Source: Octopus vulgaris
Lineage: Eukaryota
Length of the DNA stretch: 64,000 nt
Assembly (NCBI GenBank): GCA_951406725.2
Contig: OX597825.1
Span: 63,984,001 to 64,048,000 of the forward strand
Direction of reading: 5' to 3'
Shown: piece after piece, positions 1 through 13,170 of the stretch
Numbering within the stretch: position 1 is the stretch's first letter
Layout: each line of letters starts with the position of its first letter
Notes under the pieces: model-generated
Told to the model about the DNA's origin: nothing
The model's database searches: none
The model's input: only the letters and a program-made list of their open reading frames with translations
Program-made: the position numbers and the translations under genes

Positions 1-50
1 ACCTAGCCATGTGAGGGGATTTAGTAGACGTAAACTGAAAGAAGCCCACC

Positions 51-90
<40 letters not shown>

Positions 91-276
91 ATATATATAT
101 ATATATATAAACAACCGATGGTGGTATTTTCACGTCCCCGTAACTTAGCGGTTCAGCCAGAGGGACCGATAGAATATGTACAAGGCTTACAAAAGAGAAG
201 TCCTGGGGCTGACTTGTTCGATTAAAGGCGGTGCTCCAACATGATCGCAGTCAAATGACGGAAACAGGTAAAAGGA
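1..276 (+). mobile_element. tRNA-derived SINE family A (internal TA/TG microsatellite), 5' end cut by window edge
   Basis: Matches the other copies in the window: gtagacg.aaactgaaagaagccc-(TA)n-acaaccgatg...cgtccccgtaacttagcggttc...ggtgctcca.catg..cgcagtcaaatgac.gaaaca. Confidence 0.85.
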
Positions 277-651
277 TATATGTAAGTATTTGTACATGCA
301 TATATACATCTTATATGTATATATGTATGTATATATGTATATATGTATGTATTATGTATGTATGTATGTATGTATGTATGTATATAGATATACTGCGTGT
401 CTGTGTGTGCATGGTTATGAATATTATGTTTGTCTGTTCATGCACAACACGCACAATAATTTATGCTTACTAATAAGCAGTCAATATGGAACAGGGCCTT
501 CAAAATTTCTTTCATGTATTTATTTTTAAACCAATCAACTTCCTCCTTCGCGGCCAACGTTCTTTACTAGTACGCTGTCGCTTATCCCATTGAGTTCTCT
601 GTGTAGAACACAACACTTAACTTCTCCACCGAAGCAGATGTCGTTCTATAA

Positions 652-957
652 AAACGATAAAAGTCGCCCTTTTCAGGCCAGGCTCATGGGCCAGGATTCC
701 CGGTTTTTGTGGCGTATGTGTTCCCCCCAGCTGGACGGGGCGCCAGTCGATCGCAGCGTTACTCCAGAAACAGAGAGTGTGAGAGAAAGTTGGGGCAAAA
801 CAGTACAACAGGGGTCACCACCACCACCCTGCCGGAGCCTCGTGGAGCTTTTAGGTGTTTTCGCTCAATAAACACACACAACGCCCGGTCTGGGAATCGA
901 AGCCTCGATCCTCCGACCGCGAGTCCGCTGCCCTAACCACTGGGCCATTGCGCCTCC
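652..957 (-). mobile_element. tRNA-derived SINE family C, full length, with 13-bp TSD
   Basis: Minus-strand head GGAGGCGCAATGGCCCAGTGGTTAGG (A box) and GGCTTCGATTCC (B box). Flanking repeat TGTCGT(T/C)CTATAA at 639-651 and 958-970. Homologous copy at 61135-61435. Confidence 0.85.
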
Positions 958-2545
958 TGTCGTCCTATAAGAGAAGTGTAATAGGCTCACTACATCCTGC
1001 TAATATGTTGCTCAACATACATCTTCGAAATGCTGTTGTACTGTAGTATCAGTAGCCTGATAAAATGCATCTGACCCATGCTGTAAAATGATTATTGATA
1101 TGCACAGAAGCAAGCAGTAAAACCTAATCAAAGAAAAAAATAATGAATGAATGAAGCGAATAGGCATGGATACTACAGGCGCAGCACTGGCAACCAACTA
1201 TAACATGGAATGAAATAAAACTCACAGGGTAGAAATGTATCTCTGGTCCTAGTAATCTCACTGACATCCACTCAGAAGTCAAAACCCATTTAATATAAAA
1301 TACCGAATAAAATGTTTTAACAAAGAAATCCAATATTTAACTGGCACATTGTAATCTTAGTTAACAGTATTCGAAACCTAAACCAATCATATTTATTTCA
1401 ATGTCCCCGTTCGACAATATGGATGTGTACAAACTAGGAAACAATTAAACCTGCTGTATTGCTTGTTAACTGGTCTTACACGCACATTTCTGCAAACATC
1501 AAAATATGACATATATTTCTTACTGACATCCTGCTAGCCATCTGAAAATCTTTGCTAATTCGTACATTCTGTGAATATCTGCGAAAAATGAGCCATAATA
1601 TTCTTAGCCCAACTTTTAAAGTGTGTAAGCTGCGGTTAAGATATTCTCACCAGTGTAAAGCTCCCACTTCACAAGCAATTTCCTTCAATTTCCTTCAATA
1701 AGAGACTACCAATGAATGCTTTGATACTGATCGCATGGTTTTGCATTTTAAGGTGCTAAATTGCGAAAACATCGTTTGTCCAAGTTAATGGGTGATCCTA
1801 ATGGATTCCGGTGTTTCTTCTGTGTGATGCCGATCCAACTTCCTTTCACATTTTTCCTAGCCCCATGACATTGAGCCTGTCGAAATTACAGTAATTAGCT
1901 GATTACAACAAGCATCGAAGACATATCAATGAACAAGCTTGTAAAGGAGACTTTTGCACAGACAACCACATTTGTACGATGTATATCCGTAGCGATGAAG
2001 TAAAAAAAAAACGTGTAGTGAGACTGGTGACTGTTGATGTAACCTAGAGACATAGATCCTGGTATTTTCTCTGGGTGCAAGAATAGTTTACTGCCCCTGT
2101 CGATGTGCAACAGACTGGGTATCGGAAACTCAAGAATCATTTAGAACCAAGAAATCTAAATCATGTAAACATTGGAGGTGGAACAGATGTTCCAAAAAAC
2201 AGTCACCTATTTCAGGATACCCGGAAGCAAAGTTCAGTTTTCTATTCTTCCATGTTTGCAATAGAGATAACAGTATTGAATCAGGGCGATATTGCATAGT
2301 AACCTAAATATAAAGAAGCAAAGATAATTTCGCAGGAAGATGGTAAGGTTAGGAGAAGACAGAGTGAAAGTGAATAAAGAATGTAACTCACTGACAATAT
2401 CTACCTTTCTGCACGTAGCTAATAATCTTAATAAATAAATATGCTAGTGCAAACGCAAATATATATTTAGTTAATAATGCGTTTTCTATAAATATAAATT
2501 CATGTTATTCCTTCAGTTTATATTCTGACAGTATATTCAACTTTT

Positions 2546-2605
<60 letters not shown>

Positions 2606-3354
2606 TATAGATAGATAGAGCGATAGATAGATAGATAAACAGAGAGAGAGAAACATACTTACACAAATGGATAGATATATACATACGCATATACACACAC
2701 ACGACACACAAATATGTACTTATATATATATATATATATATAAATACTAATTTATCAATATGCGATGTGCATACTTCTCTATGATTGAGAAGAGATAGAT
2801 TTTCCCTGTAATTAATCTTTTTTACATATGTCTCGTTAGCCTTCTACACGAAATTGTGTTTCACTGAACTGAAAATGTCTGTTCATAAACATAATGAAAA
2901 CTTCAGCTGAGTCTGCCATAACAAACAGACATGTTTGCTAAACAGCATCATATATCAATATATATATAACACATGTTCCATATAGTATTGAATTCAATAT
3001 TCTTAGTATGTTTACGATACGGATATTTAAAGCGAGCAAGTACATATTTTCCTTTAACACATGTAGACACTAGGTTGAATATAACTAGAATAATATACGA
3101 AACGGCAACCAATCACTTTTTCTTCACAGTTATTCCTATCTGACCATTGGCATCTTAATACCTAACTCGCGATCATAGAAAGTTGCCTCAATACTTAGCA
3201 CTTGATGCAATTAATGTCCACATCTACAATAATTATGTGTATAACAGTAAAAATGTTAAAAACTGTAACAATGCGTCATCTACTCAGAGTAAGGATACAA
3301 TGTAATGAACACTGAGTCTTTTAGTCTGTACTTTTAATCTAATTACGTACACAA

Positions 3355-3535
3355 GACGACGAGTTGGCACGTCGAATAAAGTGATTATTGACATTTTTTC
3401 CCGACAAATTACATTCTGAGCTTAAAATCTGAGTTCAATTTTGCGGTCACTTTTGCCATTCACCCGTTTGCGCTTGTTAAAATAAGTACCAATTAACCAC
3501 TCAGGTCAGTGATAACAACTTGTCCCCTCTTGTGT
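3355..3535 (+). mobile_element. Degenerate SINE family B copy
   Basis: Remnants of tctgagttcaa...ttttgcc.ttca.cc...aaaataagtacca.tt shared with intact family B copies. Confidence 0.55.
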
Positions 3536-4788
3536 CTTGAGTAAAAAAATAAAACATTCAATTGATAACTGTAACTTATGAATTAAGCAATTAATTGAGG
3601 TATTCTATGAGGCGTGAGCACTATTTTAAACATTTTCTGAGCCAATTCCTTTTAATGCAAAAATGTATGTAATAAGCCGTACCATAAAATCATAATCAAA
3701 ATACAAAAAAAAAATTGCCATACGTTAACAATATTATGTGGAACAACCTACCATCACTCGCAATTGCACTGCTGTTTAATGTTCCAGATATACAAGTTTA
3801 ATTCGTTGCTTGTTGTTTTAAGTGTTAAATTTCTGGCTCACTCTCTCTGTCTTTGTCTACAATTTCATTACATTTATTTACATTTTCTGGTGCAGTATAA
3901 AGTCATATTTATCTATGGGTGTATATATATAAGTAGTTATGTATAATTATCAGTATTTATATATGAGTACATATATGAAATACCTTTGGCATTACTTATT
4001 TAAGTTGTCTTAAGGGTGAATACAAATGACACTTAATAATTGAAGAGCAATGTTCTACTAATATGACACTGTGAATGGCAATGTTACATTTAACTTACTG
4101 AGAAATTTAATTCTCTTTAGGAACTTCTAGCTTACACAAAGCAATCTACAACTTGAACCATCTATAAAATATTGGCAGTAAATACCTAGTGTACAGAAGG
4201 TTTATAACATCTAGTGAATACAAATTTCAAAAGCCAGCCAGGGAACATTCACAGTGCACATGGTAGTAAAAATGAATTATTGAATTTACAATTACTATTT
4301 AGTTCATATATATATATATAAGGCTTAGCTTATTGCACATAAGAATAGTTTCTGATCACGGCAAAATTCCAGGGACGTTAACAATATATTCTGAGTCGAT
4401 TAGAGTGGTATTCTTGTATTCGACGTCGTGGAAAATGGGGGCGGGGGAATATAGGGGACAGGTTGCTTCAGTGAACTCTCAAATCAAAACCCAAAATACA
4501 AGATAAAATAATGCGATGCATGTTCCCCAGCAAATGAAAAAATATCGTGAATGGTGTGCAGTCGCTTGGAAGATTCCAAGGAACGTGCGGTGAAAATTCA
4601 TTGGGGAACATGGAATCCACAAAGAAAAGAAGACGGAATCTGTATAGAATATGTGACTCTTCCTACATGTAACATAAAAACAACAGACATATATATATAT
4701 ACGTATACGTAAACATATATACATAAATATATATAAAGTTTAGTATAATATATATGTGATACATATGCATATGATATATATATATATA

Positions 4789-4823
<35 letters not shown>

Positions 4824-4933
4824 ATATATATATAACTATATGTATATTTATTTTTCAAAATGTAACCTCGTGTGTACCGTTGGCGAAATTTTTTCCCTCT
4901 GTCTTCCCTTCTCAGGATATTTCCTTCTCCTAT

Positions 4934-4968
4934 GTTTCCGACGAAGAGCTCCGCTCGAAACGTTGAAC
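4934..4968 (+). ncRNA. Minimal type I hammerhead-like motif (Penelope-like element type) with variant core
   Basis: GTTT-CCGACGA-A-GAGC(TCC)GCTC-GAAAC-GT-T-GAAC: stem I, core with a U4C change, 4-bp stem II, palindromic ACGT stem III. Lies in a ~200-bp insert (about 4860-5063) flanked by (TA)n. Confidence 0.55.
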
Positions 4969-5134
4969 CCTCCTTCTTCCCTTCTATCCTGAGCGTCCAA
5001 TAATACTATATTTGTTCCACGTCCTCGCGTTGTGTTTTTTTTGTATTTTCTTGTTTGGATTAACTATATATATATATATATACATACATATAAATGTATA
5101 ATATATATATATATAAAGTGTATATTTATATATA

Positions 5135-5173
<39 letters not shown>

Positions 5174-5527
5174 AATATATGCCTATACATGATATAATGT
5201 AATGTGCGTGTGTGTGTATGTGTCTGTGAGTTTATGCATGTGTGTGATACGTTCATGTTCGTACATAGGAAAACAATAACGCTCATATTTTCATTTGCTT
5301 ATAATTTAAAGTCAAATGAATGGCGATGATTCTAGTTTAGAGCACGTTTTTGCAAATAAATGTTTTGAGAACTCCTCTTACTTACTTAAAATGTATTGGC
5401 TACTGCAATAATCTGTACTTTAGAAGACTCCAAGAGAGTTTCACTCTTATCAGCCATCAATATATACATATATATATATATAGATATATATATGTATGTA
5501 CACGTACACAAACTCAGAAACGGAGTT

Positions 5528-5558
<31 letters not shown>

Positions 5559-5822
5559 GAGGGTGAGAGAGAGAGAGAGATAAATAAAGAGGGAGAGTGA
5601 AAAAGTTCTGTGGAAGACATAAGAATGAAGATAGCGTTTTGTTCCAAGCGATTTACAGAGAACCCGACAAAAGCGATAAAATATTGTTTCAGAGTTTCAG
5701 AACACTAACACATTATAGAACTGCTAAAAGGAACAAACACTTTAAAATATAATTGAGTGACATATTGAAATAAATATTCTATAGAGTATTTGATTATACA
5801 ATTGATATACATACATACATAA

Positions 5823-5908
<86 letters not shown>

Positions 5909-5943
5909 ATATATGTGAATGCATGTATGTAAATATCTATCTA

Positions 5944-6004
<61 letters not shown>

Positions 6005-7169
6005 GTATATATATAAGTGCATATGTGTGTGGTTGAGTGTGCGAGCATCTGTGTACATTTTCTGTTTATTTATGTTATGTTTGTGTCTTCGATATGAGCA
6101 TGCCTTGTGTTTTTCTTTTCTGTATATCAAATAAATATATTTTATGTTTGGCTTTATGAGTTTAATAAATCTATTTACCATCTATCTAAATAATGCTCTC
6201 AGCTGTACTTATGAAGCCTTCACATGAGCCTGTACATAAATGCTTAGTTTTCTCTCTATTAGCTTGCCTGTCTCTCCCACTTTCACTCTCTCTCTCTCTC
6301 TCTGTCCCACTCTATCCCTCTCTCACCGATTCTCTCCCTTTCTCTCTAGATCTATCTACGTTTGCATACAAACATACTTGTGTGCATGTTGTTATATATA
6401 TATATATATATGTGTGTGTGTATGCGTGTGCATACGTATGCGTATATGTCTACATCTATGTATATGTACGCTCGTGGGCGTATTTTTATTTGTTAGCCTA
6501 TTTGTTTGTGTATCTTAGGCTATGTGAGAGCGTGTATGTGTATGCTTCTATATGCATCTATGATTCTTTTTATTCACTGAGTATATATATATGGAAACAT
6601 TCTCAATTTTTAATACATATGTTTATGTGCATATGTATTTTAATCTATATCCTCTCTATGGGTTCAGGTCTCTGATATAACGAGTGGGGAAGTCATTTCT
6701 GCACAAAAAATACTAACACGTCTGTACTATATAGTCTAACCACTTTTGTTTTTTCCATTACTCGTCTCGTCATTCAATTTCGCTTTATTTTTTTTTCTGA
6801 ATATCTATGTATTCGTTTATTTATTTATTTATTTACTTATGACATACTGCCTTCCTTCTCCTATAAAATAGAAGCTGTACGTCTCTGTTTTTGTAGAGAT
6901 GGCAACATTTTGAAATAATATTTGTTCGTTCCTATTTTCTTTACGTCATCTTACATCGAGCATCTACATGCTTTTTTTTTCATTATATTTTGAAGCAGTT
7001 TCTTCTAAGTGCCAAACATCCAATGATACTCTGAAATGCAAGCTTACAGATGATTATCCAATTAAGAACAAACAAAATTACAAAATAAACAAAAACAAAA
7101 TACGTATTAAAAGAAAAATAATAGAAATAAAGTTAAAACAAAAATTAATAATAAAATAAAAATAGTAAA

Positions 7170-7560
7170 GCATCCTGAGAATTTCAGCAGAAATGTTTCG
7201 AAAGAATGAATTTCGAGGAGGTTTGTATGAGGTTGTACTTGTCGCTTCTTCTCCTCTCGAATACTAGTCAAGTTAAAACTGTAAACTTTGAAATTGTCTT
7301 GAGAATTATTACATGTAATTTTATCTATGCATGAAAGCAACTCGCGATATACAGTTTATATACGCTACATGACGTTAATTTGGACAGCTTCTCCAGTGAA
7401 ATGTCTGAAAACTTGAATGACAAACCATCGCATGCCAACAGTTTACAATGTTATTACTCCACTCTCCCAAGAGAATCGTTATCCCTCTGTTTTCTACAAT
7501 GATGTCCGTTTGTAAAACCCGAAGCCCTCCCACACCTAATGAATGATTCCGCATATCTTC
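7170..7560 (-). mobile_element. Possible highly decayed hAT (Charlie/Buster-like) transposase N-terminus
   Basis: Frame-shifted fragments RRYAESFIRCG, CKLLACDGLS..FRHF and EEKKRQVQPHTNLLEI occur in the order of the hAT motifs RKY..Y..FG, C..LAN.SM.PSKL.RH and KKPHTI.E.LI. Weak, by-eye match. Confidence 0.25.
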
Positions 7561-8755
7561 TTCGTTTCTCCAAAATTCGCATGAGTACACGAGTTCACGT
7601 GTAAATTTGGATGTGGGTTTTGTATGCTAGAAATAAAAATAAAATGCTTTAAAATGTCACACTGCGTAAATAGAGGAATAAGATCCTCGATAAAATCCTT
7701 CCAAATTCTCCTACGATAAGATATTGAACAGAGGTGTAAGATCTCTCAATATATTTGAGATCTGTTCAGCAAGGAAGAACTGCTGCAGATGAAAATGCCA
7801 CATTTATCATGGCTCAAATAAAATTAAATAAGGAATGTAAGGAAGAAAGAACGGCTTATGATACATTCTAGGAATAGCATATGAATTAATGTATTTTCTT
7901 GTCATCAAAAATGTTAATGTATTATAATGCCGAGGCGAAGGACTTTTAGAGGAAAGTCGACACGGTTTTACAATTGAATTCCAAGTTTCTAACGAATACA
8001 AATGTATAAGACAAGACTACAGATACATAAGCGCTATATATAAATCGTGTCACAAAAAAAAAAAAAGAAAGAAAATGCCGAGAATATATTTGTAAAAAGT
8101 ATTTATAAATATTCTGAAAACACACAGAAATTGATTACAAATTGTAAATATTAACCTGATTGTCGGTAGTATTTGGCTCGTATTTTTGTTATATAAATCA
8201 AAATTGTAATACAACTAATAATCGTGTATCACATAAAATAACAATACATTTTTTTTAGGTGTTTCTACTTCCTTCGTTGCTGCTCCCCCGCTATATATCT
8301 TCCCCTCATTCTGATATATAAGCTGCCTATATAAATATCATTAGTCATCACTTATCTCTTTGGTAACTATATATATATTAAAAAATATCACTTTCACCAC
8401 GAAACAAACATCATCAGACCAAATTTTTTTCCCACTGAGTTTAAATCGGTTATACTTATGGAGACGAAATATACCTGTTTAGATCGCAACTATTACAAAC
8501 ATCCACTTGTGCAATATTTACTGAACTACTGCTATGTATATTGATTTATGAATTATTATTTCTCTTTACGTTGTATAAGAATGTCATAATGTAACACAAT
8601 ACCGATTATTTTGTCTGTCATGCTCTTCTTTTACAGACACACGACCCCACACACACACACCTACACAACCAAACAAGCAATTGAAAACACAAGCATACAC
8701 ATGTAAGTATATGAATGTAAGTAGACAGACAGACAGAAAAATAGATAGACAGATG

Positions 8756-8891
<136 letters not shown>

Positions 8892-8895
8892 CATA

Positions 8896-9624
8896 CAAGG
8901 TAGCATCAAAACGTTCCCGGACTGGTTCTGGCAGCACACGGTTCAGTGTGGAGTAAGAGTTAGCAGGGATCTTAATGAGACAGCGTGCATAGTGACATCG
9001 CTGTGTTAACTTCGCAAGTTGTGAAATTTGTATATTTGTGGTCACGTGTATGATGTAGTCTGCAATTTTGTCATGGACATGAAAAAAGAGCAAACGAGAA
9101 ATTTTGCGTTAAGCACGGGAAGTCTGCTAAAAAGCGGCAGAACATCCGTGGGCGACTATGAGTGATGTGGAAGTGTTGCCCTCGGATGTGAAGTACTGTG
9201 CATCAAGAATTCTGGCCCTAAGGGACTGACCGTTAAACGAGAGTTCTACTTCGACGTATGAAGCGTTTAAGAGAGGTCATTCGGCATAAGCAACTGGATA
9301 TGTGCAGCACGAAGAAATGGATTTATTACGAAGACAATGCCCCCTGTCACCGAACTCTTCTTTCTCGTGAGTTTCTCGCGATAAACAACGTGGTATCACT
9401 TCCCCACTTGCCTTATTCGCCATATTTAACACCTTCATTCAAAGGTAACCTTTTAAACGACTCGTCGAGATCCAGATCGATTTGCAGAGGGTCCACGAAT
9501 TGCTTATGGAAAACGACTTCCAGAGCGGTTTCCAAAACTGCAGGGAAGGAGATGATGTTAAAACTAAAGTAAATCGGTTATCCTTTATTAAACATAACTA
9601 ATCCGAGAAGTTTTTGACACACTC
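8896..9624 (+). mobile_element. Internally deleted mariner DNA transposon with both TIRs
   Basis: ORF 9258-9572 contains KRLREVIRHK...WIYYEDNAPCH...EFLA..NVVSLPHLPYSPYL (HDNAPxH and YSPDL motifs). Imperfect TIRs caaggtagcatcaaaacgttcccggact / atccgagaagtttttgacacactc, with TA on both sides. Confidence 0.85.
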
Positions 9625-9669
9625 TATAGATAGATAAATAGATAGATAGATAGATATATATATAGATAA

Positions 9670-9730
<61 letters not shown>

Positions 9731-9739
9731 CAGATAGAC

Positions 9740-9782
<43 letters not shown>

Positions 9783-9899
9783 GAGACAGAGACAGACAGA
9801 CAGATAGATAGATAGAGAGAGAGAGGGAGAGGTGGCAGACATACTGAGAAACAGATATATACATACATACATACATCGCAAAATCAATATATAATGTTA

Positions 9900-10325
9900 T
9901 TCGGGAAAAAAAACTGTCCTGGTGTGAATTCAGAGAATCCCCCTGTTATTGAATATGTACACAAATAGTAGCACAAAGAAAACTGGTGGAACATTCCGAT
10001 TAAAACAGCTGACAAGTGTAAATATGTAACAGACCGAATATTGTTGGTTTGGATAGCCAACAAAACGTATGTACCCTCGTAGACTTCAGCTGTCATGATG
10101 ATGAGTATGTCGCTTTGAAAACCAAAGAGAAGTTAACTATGTTACTATTATAGATTCACATTTATACCAATAATAATTGTAGTACTTCATTTTGTAAGTA
10201 AATGCCGGACTGTTATTCTGGTTATGTTTGGATATTCAGAAAAAGTAATCATCCAACTGATTCGCACATTAGAAATGCGATCTGTAATTGGAACAGTAAA
10301 ACTATGCAAGACTTTTCTCAGGTGT
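9900..10325 (+). mobile_element. Decayed R2-group (R4/NeSL-like) non-LTR retrotransposon, restriction-like endonuclease C-terminus
   Basis: Frame-shifted translation ENWWNIPIKTA / CNRPNIVGLDSQQNVCTLVDFSCHDDEYVALKTKEKL / FIPIIIV...IRTLEMRSVIGTVKLCKTFLR follows the RPD..D RLE layout. Confidence 0.65.
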
Positions 10326-10479
10326 AATACGAGACAATGTTTTCGTTATCTACATTCCAAACATGGAGCCTTGCATCTTTGTTAGAAACCAGCGTCTTTT
10401 TCAAAGGAAGAATTTGAATTATTAAATACAGAATATACATCATACATACACAGATACACACAAACACATATGCACTTAC

Positions 10480-10519
<40 letters not shown>

Positions 10520-10799
10520 CACATACATATTCGAGGAATTATGATAAAAGTTTGCATCATTTATGAACTCTGTACTGTTCAACGTCACCGTCATTTGCAT
10601 GCTCAGCAGTGAATGCTCCAAGTGTACGTGGATGGTGGACTACAATCTATATTCCAAAGAATGCTTGTATTGCACTCTTACACAATTCAAATATATAGAT
10701 AACTTCCATGTAACTCTATACACACGCCATGCGATATACACATACACTCTCTACTCTCTATATATACATACATGTATATACGCATATAATAAGTATATA

Positions 10800-11331
10800 T
10801 ATAAATATAAAAGAACAATATTATTCCTACAAATAATAACGGTAATGGCCGCGAGCGTAAAAGGACGTATAGGCAAATTTAATAATTACATATACGATAT
10901 ATCAATATCTTTATATATACTAAGGTACTACAAAAGCATCTGCTTCGTTAAAAATAGATGTCAAAATGCCTCTAAGCCACAAAAGAATCATCGAGTAAAT
11001 ACAGGCATGATATGAAAAAAAATTAGTGAACAGGAATAGCGTCTTACCTCTGCAAAGGACGCAGTAAGAATGTCACTTAATCTGATACGATATTGAAATT
11101 AGCGCCAAATGCACTAGATTTACTTCCGTCAATTTTCCAATTTGACGACAGCTCTTAGAATTCACTACTACCATGCCTGTAACTCGTTTGAGTAGACGAA
11201 CACCATTGAAACAAAAGAACCATGTAAAATTATTTATAAATATAGAAGAACAATATTATTTCTAAAAATAATAACGTTATTGGCCGTGTGCGTAAAAAGC
11301 CGTATATGCAAAATTAATAAATATATATAAG

Positions 11332-11389
<58 letters not shown>

Positions 11390-12535
11390 TAGAATAATAC
11401 ATAAGCACCTCTTCGCTAAATTAGAAGGGAAAATAGTTCTAGGCTACAGAAGAATCATTAAATTAATACAGGTATGATAGGAGAAAAATATTTAGTGTTC
11501 AGAATAGCGTCTCACCTCGGCAAAGGATGCAGGAAGAATGTCACTTAATATGATATAATGATATCGAATTTAGCGCCAAGGTACCCGATTCGCTTCTGCT
11601 ATATCTGAAAGAGACAGTTCTTAGAATTCACATCTATCATACCTGTAATTCGATTGAATGGCCGAACACCACGGAAACAAACGAGCCTTGTCAAATTATT
11701 TATAAATATAAAGGAACGCTACTGTTCCTAAACATAATAACGTTAGTGGTAGTGAACATAAAAGCCGCATAGGCAAAATTTAAGGCGGCGAGCTGGCAGA
11801 AACTTTAGCACGCCGGGCGAAATGCGTAGCCGTATTTCGTCTGCCTTTACGTTCTGAGTTCAAATTCCGCCAAGGTCAATTTTGCCTTTCATCCTTTCGG
11901 AGTTGATAAATTAAGAATCAGTTACGCACTGGGGTCGATGTAATCGACTTAATCCCTTTGTCTGTCCTTGACAGTCCCCTCTGTGTTTAGACCCTTGTGG
12001 GTAGTAAAGAAATACGCATAGGCAAAATTTATAATTATATATAAGATATATAAATATATTTATATATAAACTAGGAAAATAGATAAGCACCTATTCGCTA
12101 AAATATAAGCCAAAATACTTCTAAGTCAATAACGTTATTGTTTTTAGGAATAAAATCCTTCTGTTATATTCATAAATAAATTCACATGGTTTGTTTGTTT
12201 CACTGGTGTTCGGCCACTCAAGCGAATTACATACATTGTAGTAACGATTTCTAGTAGTTCTCTATAGGAGATCTAACTGAAGCAAATCAGCTGCATTTAG
12301 CGCAAAATTCGAAATCACGACATCAGATTAAGTGACATACGTCCTGCATCCTTTGCAGAGGTAGGACGCTATTCGTGTGCACTAAAATTATTTTCCTATT
12401 ATGCCTGTATTAGTTTAATGATACTTCTGTGGCTTAGAAGTATTTAACTTCCATTTTTAGCTAAGCAGGTGCTTACGTAATACCCTAGTATATATAAATA
12501 TGTTTATATCACTTATATACATTATAAGCAATTTT
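10800..12535. repeat. ~440-465 bp unit: three tandem copies (third partial) plus one inverted copy
   Basis: Units start tataaatata.a.gaac at about 10800, 11235 and 11701. Shared core gaatagcgtc..acctc.gcaaagga.gcag.aagaatgtcacttaat. Reverse-complement copy at about 12128-12535. Confidence 0.85.
11783..12014 (+). mobile_element. tRNA-derived SINE family B, with 17-bp TSD
   Basis: aggcggcgagctggcagaa (A box-like), gagttcaaattcc (B box) and the cctttcatcctttcgg.gt.gataaattaag central domain. TSD CGCATAGGCAAAATTTA at 11766-11782 and 12015-12031. Confidence 0.92.
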
Positions 12536-12577
12536 TATATTAAATTGATAATTATATATATATATATATATATATAT

Positions 12578-12779
12578 AATTATATTAAGGGAGGAAGTCA
12601 AATATGACTTTTCTCCTCCATGCTAAATGAATGGCTAAACATTAAGGAGCTACCAAGAAAAACCTCATAAATACATGCGGCATGTATTTCTGGAGTTTTC
12701 TCGGTAGCTCCGTAATGCTTAGGCATTCATTTGGCATGGAGGAGAAAAATAATGCTTGACATTTTCCTTTACTATAATT
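12578..12779. repeat. Imperfect ~200-bp palindrome between (TA)n tracts
   Basis: Centre aaatacatgc-g-gcatgtattt (12679). Arms ttttctcctccatgctaaatgaatg / cattcatttggcatggaggagaaaa. Confidence 0.85.
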
Positions 12780-12781
12780 TG

Positions 12782-12864
<83 letters not shown>

Positions 12865-12884
12865 GTATCTGTTATTTGCGTATG

Positions 12885-13076
12885 TGTTACTCACCATAGC
12901 TTGACAACCGATGTTGGTGTATTTACGTCCCCATCATCTAGCCTATCGGCAAAAAGAAACCGATAATGTAAGTACTAGGGCTAGAAAGAATAAGTACTTG
13001 GGTCGATTTGTTCGACTGAAGGTAGTGTTCCAGCATGGCCGCAGTCAAATCACTGAAACAAATAAAAGCATAAAAA

Positions 13077-13080
<4 letters not shown>
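12885..13080 (+). mobile_element. SINE family A, 3' half
   Basis: gcttgacaaccgatgttggtgtatttacgtcccc...ccagcatggccgcagtcaaatcactgaaac. Confidence 0.85.
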
Positions 13081-13113
<33 letters not shown>

Positions 13114-13139
13114 TGTATATATGTATATATGTATATATA

Positions 13140-13170
<31 letters not shown>

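Noticed and set aside
880-957. tRNA gene
   Set aside because: This is a tRNA-like SINE head that continues into a SINE body flanked by a TSD, with no proper acceptor stem or terminator.
980-2300. Repeat-free stretch that might be a decayed gene or LTR-retrotransposon integrase (IHRMYELAK...CLQKC on the minus strand)
   Set aside because: Stops occur in all frames and the motif resemblance is too weak to support without BLASTX.
7375-7626. Open minus-strand frame of about 83 codons after a strong acceptor-like site (possible terminal exon)
   Set aside because: No recognisable domain or partner exons, and other frames resemble decayed hAT motifs.
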